Assembly (NCBI RefSeq): GCF_026210795.1
Contig: NC_089431.1
Location: 4,960,001-5,024,000, forward strand
DNA: 64,000 nucleotides
Reading direction: 5' to 3'
Source of the DNA: Rhizophagus irregularis
Taxonomy: Eukaryota
In this document: in pieces, positions 55,748-64,000 of the stretch
How positions within the stretch are numbered: position 1 is the stretch's first letter
Layout of the letters: each line of letters begins with the position of its first letter
Notes under the pieces: generated by a model
What the model was told of the DNA's origin: nothing
Databases searched by the model: none
The model's input: only the letters and a program-made list of their open reading frames with translations
Position numbers and translations under genes: made by a program

Positions 55748-57236
55748 CTATACAACTTGAAATATTTCAATGTTTCCTATAACATCCCACCCATCTGTAT
55801 TTCTGATCGGTTTTTCATAAGATTCTTTGTGACATTGAATTAATCCATTGGTAGCTAGAAGATCTCCATTACCAAATGATGGACCCTCAGTGAATCCGTT
55901 GCAAATGGCATTATTTTCATTTCTTACACGACTCAAAATAATATCACTATTCTTAAAAGAAAATATAAAGCTATCATTGGTAATACCATAATTTCCATCA
56001 AATTTCCATTCAATCGGATTATATCCTCCAAGAATTTCGTTACTATCTCTTATTTTATAAATTATTACGGTGCGGAATTGATTCTTACAAGTGTTTTGGC
56101 ACTTAAAATATCTAAAAAACGAACCAAGGTATCCAAATTCAGTATGAGAATCACGATATAATAATTTGAATCCATATAAGGTTGTCGACTTGTCTGTAGT
56201 TTCTAATTTATCAATCCATCTTGAGATTAATTCGGCATGTTGATTTGTAATGATATTAGAATCAATATTTTTTGATTGAATCTCTTTAACGAGATGAGGT
56301 TTTGATTTTTTGATTTGTTCGTTATCATTATCCAAAAAATATTCTAACAAATCATTATATAATTCCTTTGGTAAGATTTTTTTGTAAGGTTTTACCTTCT
56401 TCAAAAATTCTTTGGAAGTTAAATTACGGAATCTAATAAAAGGAATGCATTGCTGTAAAGTATTCTTTAAAGTATTGAAATCATCTTTTGAAAAGCTTGT
56501 AGGATCAGAAGGAAGTTCTGGATTTTGTGCAAATCCCCATTTAATCACATGTTCCCAAACTTGAATTTCGCTCATTTGATGATTATCGTTCTTAATAATC
56601 GTAACTAAAAGTTTTTTTGGAACCGAGGTGAAACGTGGTGAATTAAATATCTTATTTGGTTCTTTTGAAATCAAATTAATACAATATTTTTGAAGTTCTA
56701 AAAAAGAATCGTTTTCAAAACTTGTTTGATATATCAAATCAAAATTCTGTTCCATCCAATGTTTTTTATTTTCAATCAAAAAGGATTCTAAATAAGGGAT
56801 TAATTCCTGAAGGCCTAGTTCATCAGCAGCTATCAAGACTTTAATGATATCTGAAATATCATATTCCTCCAAAGAAAGTCTACCTCCATAAATATATCTA
56901 AAATATTAATAAAGAAAAATGTTAAAAAAAAATATTTATAACGCATTATGAGAGATATTCTTTTTTTTTCTTTTTTTACCTTAAGATTATCTGGAAAATA
57001 TCAGGTAAAATACTTGGTAGTTTAATATTTGTCAAAGTTCCATCATTTTTCTTTTCATCAGTTGATAAAATTCTTCGCAAATATGGGGAACGATAATTTA
57101 AAATAACCATATGAGCGCGAAATATTTTTACGACAGGGTCATTACCAACTTCAACTGTAATATCATAATATTTGTCATCATTTAAAATTTCAAGTAAATT
57201 TTGTGTTAATTTTGACAAAAGTTTATTATCAACCAT
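55748..57236 (-). CDS. BTB/POZ-BACK-TLDc protein, tandem copy 2
   Basis: Two-exon structure, open ORFs, highly similar to copy 1. Confidence 0.9.
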
Positions 57237-57459
57237 TATAATTTTAAATAAGTTAAATGAGAGTTTGAATTCTCGAAAAAAAAAACCTAAATTAAAAACC
57301 TTATTTACACAGCCTGAAGATCATTGCAGATCGCTTTCAATGTATAGTTTTTGTACATCATATTGAACGCCGAACGTACCAAAATTAGTTTAATCTTGAA
57401 CTAATTTGGTACGTTCGGCGTTCGATTAAGTACACGAAGAAGCAAAGAGAAAGAATGCA

Positions 57460-58585
57460 AATTAGTCCTCGTCATTGAAATCCCTTGCATTTGAAAGATT
57501 ATTATTCTGAATGAGCGTGACTAAAAACTTCTTTGTAATCGAAGAGAAATTTGGTGAATCAAAAATCTTATTCGGTTCTTTGGAAATTAAATAAGTATAA
57601 TATTTTTGAAGTTCTAAAGAATCAGTTATAATGCTTGTTTGATATATCAAACCAAAATTCTGTGTTCCAACTGTTCCATCCAGTTTTTATCGCAAAAGTA
57701 TTCCAAATAAGGAATTAATTCTTGAAAATTAAGTTCATTGGCAGCAAACAAAATTTAATGACGTCAGGGTCATATTCTTCCAATGAAAGTCTTTCTCTAC
57801 AGCAGATGTATCTAAATAAAATAATATTAATAAAATTAGAAACATGTTTATTAAAAATGATAACAATAATAATGTGGTTCATATACAGTATACTAGAAAA
57901 ACTAAAATTTGCGATTTCATTGGGCGTGGCGGACAGAGAAATTCACGTGATCATTTTTTTTCATAGTGCGTAGACATCGCTTCGCTCCGGACAATAATTT
58001 ACCTTAAGATTATTTGAAAAATTCGGGTAAAATATTTGGTAATTTAGTAGGGACCCCGAAATATATATAAAAAGGTAAGGTGACCTTCGAAATTTTTACT
58101 AATAGCTGTACGCAAGGGTTTTCTATAAGTTCAGTACGCAAAATTACCTCCTTACTTTGGATAACTGATAATTGAAAAAATACGCAAATTAATTTCCTAA
58201 CCTCCGATTATCATGTGATTTACCTATTGTTTTCTGATCAAACTTAACGTTTATCGAAGAATAATTTTTTAAAAACTTAATAACTTCATATGTCTCATAG
58301 TTATATAAATGTATTTATTAAATGCACAAGTATTACACATTTTTTTGCACTAAATAAAGCCCCTACATATATATTTCGGGGTCATATTTAGTATGTGTTA
58401 AAATTCAATCATTATAGTTGATAAAAGTCTTTTCAAATAAGGAGAACGACCATATGAGCACGAAACACTTATACGTCAAAGTCATTACCAACTTCAATAG
58501 TAATATCATAGTATTTCTCACCGCTTAGAATTTCGAGAAAATTTTTTTGATAATTTTTGGTAAAAATTTATTGTCAATCATTGAA
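57460..58585 (-). pseudogene. BTB-BACK pseudogene (unit 2)
   Basis: Paralogue of 50850-52185. Confidence 0.75.
58050..58385. mobile_element. Internally deleted copy of MITE 51437-51993 at the same site
   Basis: Same TIR, ATTTAGTA on both flanks. Confidence 0.8.
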
Positions 58586-58679
58586 ATCAATGGTTTAGAT
58601 TATTGGATTGACGTTTGAGTCTAAAGATTAATATTTTAGAAAAATTTCTCAATAGAGTAAAATAATGTGTATATTATAT

Positions 58680-60248
58680 CCCTATAAGAAATATGTATAC
58701 GGAAAGGATACGTTTTGTATACATTTTATGTACGTTTCTATAGATTCCGTATACAAATTCCGTATATTTAATAAGCAATTCATTTTTGAACATTTTTTAA
58801 AAAAACTAATGTATAAGAAATGTATACGGAAAAAATTAATCATGCGGAATGTATACGGAATTTTTAAATTCCGTATCATAACACGAGATCACATGATTGT
58901 TTATTGTTTTGTTATCAGTATAAAATTTATATTGGTATATCATAGTATGTGAAATTTGCCTGCTAATTTTGTGACATGCACATTGACTGTTATGATACGT
59001 TTTTTGTTTTTTATATAAACCTCCGATCTTCCTTTCTGTCTTTCCTTTCCTTTCTCTTTCTCTTGTCTTATTTTTGTTATTTTTTCTAAAATTTTCTTCT
59101 TTCTTCGTCACCCCCTTTTAATAATAATTTTTTTTTTTTCATATCTCACTTTAAAAAAATTTTTTTTTCGTCACTCTCCTTTGAAAAAAAATTTTTTTTT
59201 CGTTACTCCCTTAAAAAAAAATTTTTTCTTTTATTCCCACTCTTCTTTTTTTTAAAAAAATTTCTTCTTTCTATTTCTATTTCCTCTTTATAAAAAAATT
59301 TTTATTTTTCTAACTTTGACGTCCTCCCTTTAAAAAAAAATTTTTTTTTAACTTTCCTAACTTCGTTACCCCTCTTTTTAAAAAAATATTTTTTTTTGGT
59401 TTATTCTTTATTCCCCTTTCTTCTTTATTTATATTTAATTTCATAGGCCAGCAGATTTTTTTTGTGAGAATATTCAGTTTCTTTTTTCTTTTTTGTAGAT
59501 CAGTTTGGGAGTCCTTTTCTTTTTGTAGGATGATTCAGAATTTTTTTCTTTTTTTAGGTCAGTTCAAATTTTCTTGTTTTTTTGTAAGTTGGGTTCAGAT
59601 TCTTTTCTTTTTGTAGGTTGTTTCAGTTTTGTTGCTTCAGAGTCTTCTTTTTTTGTAGGTCAGTTTTGGATTTATTTTGTTGTTTTGGTTTCTTTTTCAT
59701 TAGACGCCTCATAATTCTTTTCTTTTATGTAGGTCAGACATTCTGGAGTTCTCTTTCTTTTTTTGTAGGAATGCTGACCTTTGGTGACTTGGACGATTGC
59801 AGATACTATATGAGGGGGGGGTTTTGTTTCCAATCTTTTTTTTTGTTCTTTTAGGTTGTTTGACTCCAAATGAACCTGAACTTATAGATAATTTTGGTTG
59901 CAATAGGTGGTTTTAATGAGGAGGGAATTTTCATAATGTATTTGTATTTTGTTTATTTTTTATTTTTTATTTAATTTAATAAAGTGAAATTAGATTTATG
60001 TAAATACAATTATAGTAAACTGTAATACAAATAGTAAATTCAGTGACCAAATCGTATAAATTTCGTGATAAAATCAGTGATCAAATCATGTAAATTCCAT
60101 ATAAATCCCGTGCAAATTCCGTATCCAAACCATATTTTTAGTGATACGGAATTGTGCATTTTTCCGTATCCTATTATGATACGTTATTTCTAAGGAAAAA
60201 AAATCGTATAAAAACTTTATAAAAAACGTATCCAATTTTTTTATAGGG
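58680..60248. mobile_element. 1569-bp CACTA/CMC-like non-autonomous element
   Basis: CCCTATAA..TTATAGGG termini, TAT duplication, empty site at ~52279, subterminal GTATACGG/CCGTAT repeats. Confidence 0.85.
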
Positions 60249-60455
60249 TATGATAAATATTTTTATTTGTTTCAATGAACACTTTTTAAAAGCTACAAAT
60301 AAGCTCTTTTAAAATTAATCATATTTTAGGTCGAATCAGGTCGGTTGTTGGATCAGTCGTTAACATCTTAAGGTCAGTACTTTTCTTACCGCGATACTCT
60401 GGTTTTTTTTCAATTGTAGTGATTAAATATTTATCTCCTTGAAAAAAACATTGAT

Positions 60456-60557
60456 CTATAAAATTAAAAAATAAGGCTAGTTACAAAAATAACTAAGTAA
60501 GATACCGTTCAGGTAACCTTGGATGCAATTGGGAAGAAACTAGCTGATCGTACTTAC
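60456..60557 (-). repeat. Single shortened (102-nt) intron-like unit related to arrays A/B
   Basis: GTAAGTAC..TTTCTTCCCAATTGCATCCAAGGTTA..CTGAAC..ATAG. Confidence 0.7.
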
Positions 60558-61310
60558 ATATTTACATATATGCGATCGATGGCCTCTCACATACTTCTCT
60601 CTATTGACCTTATATTTTTTTTTCATTTTTTTTTTAATTTTTTCATCTGTTTTTTTTTTCTTTTAAACCAATTTTTTTTTAAAGCGAAAATTTTTTTCAA
60701 ATTTTTTTTTTCAATTTTTCCGATTTTTTTTTCAAACTCTTTCGATTTTGTTTTTTTTTGAAACCAAAAATTTTATTTTTCAAATATTTTTAATTTTTCC
60801 TCTTTTTTATTTTAAACTGAATTTTTTTTTATATAATTTATAATTTATAATTTTTTTTATTTATTTTATATATATATTTTTTGTTATATAAGTATACGGA
60901 GAAAAAGGCACTTACCGTAACACCGTAGCATCGATCCGATCAACTGATCCAAACCCAAAGGATGAAAGAAAATAATTAGGAAAAAAATTATAAGAATCAG
61001 CTCTACCATAACACCGCAGCGTCAATCCGAACACTGATCTTGAATCAAGTCTAAAAACCAATAAATCGAGTAAATGTAACATTTTAATTTTATTGTCCTT
61101 ATTATTTAAGCGTAAAATACTTTTGCTTAATACAGTTTTGAAAAAAAATAAACGTTATAATAATGTAAACTATATAAGATTGTACTCGATTCATCATGTC
61201 AACTGAAATAATTATAACTTAATAGCTAATTAAAAAATACTTCAACATTGATTTTATTACAATATTTAACAGTTAAAATTTTCTTTCTATTTATCAATTA
61301 AAAATCAATC

Positions 61311-62801
61311 CTATACAACTTGAAATATTTCAATTTTTCCTATAGCATCCCACCCATCTGTATTTCTGATCGGTTTTTCATAAGATTCTTTGTGACATTG
61401 AATTAATCCATTGGTAGCTAGAAGATCTCCATTACCAAATGATGGACCCTCAGTGAATCCGTTGCAAATGGCATTATTTTCATTTCTTACACGACTCAAA
61501 ATAATATCACTATTCTTAAAAGAAAATATAAAGCTATCATTGGTAATACCATAATTTCCATCAAATTTCCATTCAATCGGATTATATCCTCCAAGAATTT
61601 CGTTACTATCTCTTATTTTATAAATTGTTACGGTGCGGAATTGATTCTTACAAGCTTTTTGGCACTTAACTTCCCTAAGTATCGAACTAAAATATCCAAA
61701 TTCAGTATGAGAATCACGATACAATAATTTGAATTCATTTGAGATTGTCAACTTGTCTGTAGTTTCTAATTTATCAATCCATTTTGAGATTAATCCGGCA
61801 TGTTGATTTGTAATGATATTAGAATCAATATTTTTTGATTTAATCTCTCCAACAGTACGAGGTTCTGATCTTTTAATTGGAGTATCGTCATTATTATTAT
61901 CCAAAAAATATTCTAGCAAATTATTATATAATTCTTTTGGTAAGATTTTTTTATAAGGTTTTACTTTTTTCAAAAATTCTTTGGAAGTTAAATTACGGAA
62001 TCTAATAAAAGGGATACATTGTTGTAAAGTACTCTTTAAAGTATTGAAATCATCTTTTGAAAAGCTGGTAGGATCAGAAGGAAGTTCTGGATTTTGTGCA
62101 AGTCCCCATTTAATCACATGTTCCCAAACTTGAATTTCGCTCATTTGATGATTATCGTTCTTAATAATCGTAACTAAAAGTTTTTTTGGAACCGAAGTGA
62201 AACGTGGTGAATTAAATATCTTATTTGGTTCTTTTGAAATCAAATTAATACAATATTTTTGAAGTTCTAAAAAAGAATCGTTTTCAAAACTTGTTTGATA
62301 TATCAAATCAAAATTCTGTTCCATCCAACGTTTTTTATTTTCAATCAAAAAGGATTCTAAATAAGGGATTAATTCCTGAAGACCTAGTTCATTAGAAGCT
62401 ATCAAGATTTTAATGATATCTGAAATATCATATTCCTCCAAAGAAAGTCTACCTCCATAAATATACCTAAAATAATAATAATAAAAAATATTTATAAAAC
62501 AAATATTTATAACGCATGATGAGAGGTATTTTTTTTTTTATTACCTTAAGATTATCTGGAAAGTATCAGGTAAAATATTTGGTAGTTTAATATTTGGCAA
62601 AGTTCCATCATTTTTCTTTATATTAGTTGATAAAATTCTTCGCAAATATGAGGAACGATAATTTAAAATAACCATATGAGCACGAAATATTTTTACGACA
62701 GGGTCATTACCAACTTCAACTGTAATATCACAATATTCGTCATCATTTAAAATTTCAAGTAAATTTTGTGTTAATTTTAACAAAAGTTTATCATCAATCA
62801 T
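61311..62801 (-). CDS. BTB/POZ-BACK-TLDc protein, tandem copy 3
   Basis: Two-exon structure, open ORFs. Confidence 0.9.
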
Positions 62802-62969
62802 TATAATTTTTAAATAAAATAAATTAAAATGTGAATTCTCGAAAAAAAAAAAACAAACCTTATTTATACAGCTTGCAGATCATTGCAGATCGCTTTCAAT
62901 GTACAGATTAACTAATTTTGGTACGTTCGGCGTTCAATAAGTGCACGAAGCAGCAAATAGAAAGAATGC

Positions 62970-63625
62970 AAATTTGTCCTCGTCACTGAAAGTCCCTTGC
63001 ATTTGAAAGATTATTATTCTGAATGGTCGTGACTAAAAACTTCTTTGTGACTCAAAAATCTTATTCGGTTCTTGGAAATTAAATAAGTATAATATTTTTG
63101 AAGTTCCAAAGAATCAGTTATAATGCTTGTTTTGATATATCCAACTATCCAACCAAAATTCTGTGTTCATCCAGTTTTTATCGCTTTAAATCAAAAAGTA
63201 TTCCAAATAAGGAATTAATTCTTGAAGACTAAGTTCATTGGCAGCAAGTAAAATTTAATGATGTCTGAAGCATCATATTATTCTTCCAATGAAAGTCTTC
63301 CTCTACAGATGTATCTAAATAAAATAATAAAATTAGAAACATATTTATTAAAAATGATAACAATAATAATGACGGTTCATATACAGTATATAATTTACCT
63401 TAAGATTATTTGAAAAATTTCGGTAAAATATTTGGTAATTTAGTATGTGTTAAAATTCCATCATTATAGTTGATTCTTTTCAAATAAGGAGAACGACCAT
63501 ATGAGCACGAAACACTGATACGTCAAAGTCATTACCAACTTCAATATAATATCATAATATTTCCCACCGCTTAGAATTTCGAGAAAATTTTTTTGATAAT
63601 TTTGGTAAAAGTTTGTTATCAATCG
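62970..63625 (-). pseudogene. BTB-BACK pseudogene (unit 3), without the MITE insertions
   Basis: Paralogue of 50850-52185 with empty insertion sites. Confidence 0.75.
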
Positions 63626-64000
63626 TTGAATAAAAGACAAAAAGAACTTTAGCTTTAAAAACTCAAATACAAGGTGCGCCTTAACAGGTAATCAATGTCG
63701 TGATTTTCGGCAACCGTAATGACGTGCTCCTTAAACTTTCTACTTTTTGTACAATATTACTAGTAAAGGTTGTTAAGGTAGTAAAAATACTATATATTTT
63801 TATAATCGAATAAAAATATTTATCATATAATATACAAAATATTTTTTACTCTATTTGAGAAATTTTTCTAAATATTGTCAATCTTTAGACATCAAATGTC
63901 AATCCACCGACTAATCGTGTATTATTTGTTTGGCTATAAGTTCATATATTTATTCATAAATCTATTTATCACTAAAGCATGCTATTTTCATTTATTTCGT

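Overview
Very AT-rich, intron-containing eukaryotic DNA. The gene content (expanded tyrosine-kinase-like kinases, BTB/POZ-BACK-TLDc and Sel1-repeat genes, many pseudogenised) points to an arbuscular mycorrhizal fungus of the Glomeromycotina, Rhizophagus-like; this is inference. Main contents: (i) four TKL kinase loci, only one apparently intact; (ii) a BTB cluster with swapped partner domains: ricin-lectin-BTB-BACK-TLDc, BTB-BACK-Sel1 split by a 4.5 kb insertion, three tandem BTB-BACK-TLDc paralogues with a hypervariable TLDc segment, and several pseudogenes; (iii) a 5.7 kb Zator-type DNA transposon with 32-bp TIRs, a TTA duplication and an intact 3-exon transposase of about 1111 aa, carrying two nested MITEs; (iv) many non-autonomous TIR elements with readable target-site duplications, Helitron ends, and decayed LINE, hAT, RAG1/Transib-like and Polinton/virus-like ATPase fragments. 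The most unusual signal is a pair of ~185-bp tandem arrays (46453-47153, 53029-53533, plus a single unit at 60456). On the minus strand each unit reads as a conserved, GC-rich, structured spliceosomal intron separated by short variable non-coding exons, suggesting a host transcript for an intronic ncRNA (C/D snoRNA-like) or structure-regulated introns. All splice models and family assignments were read by eye; no database search was run.
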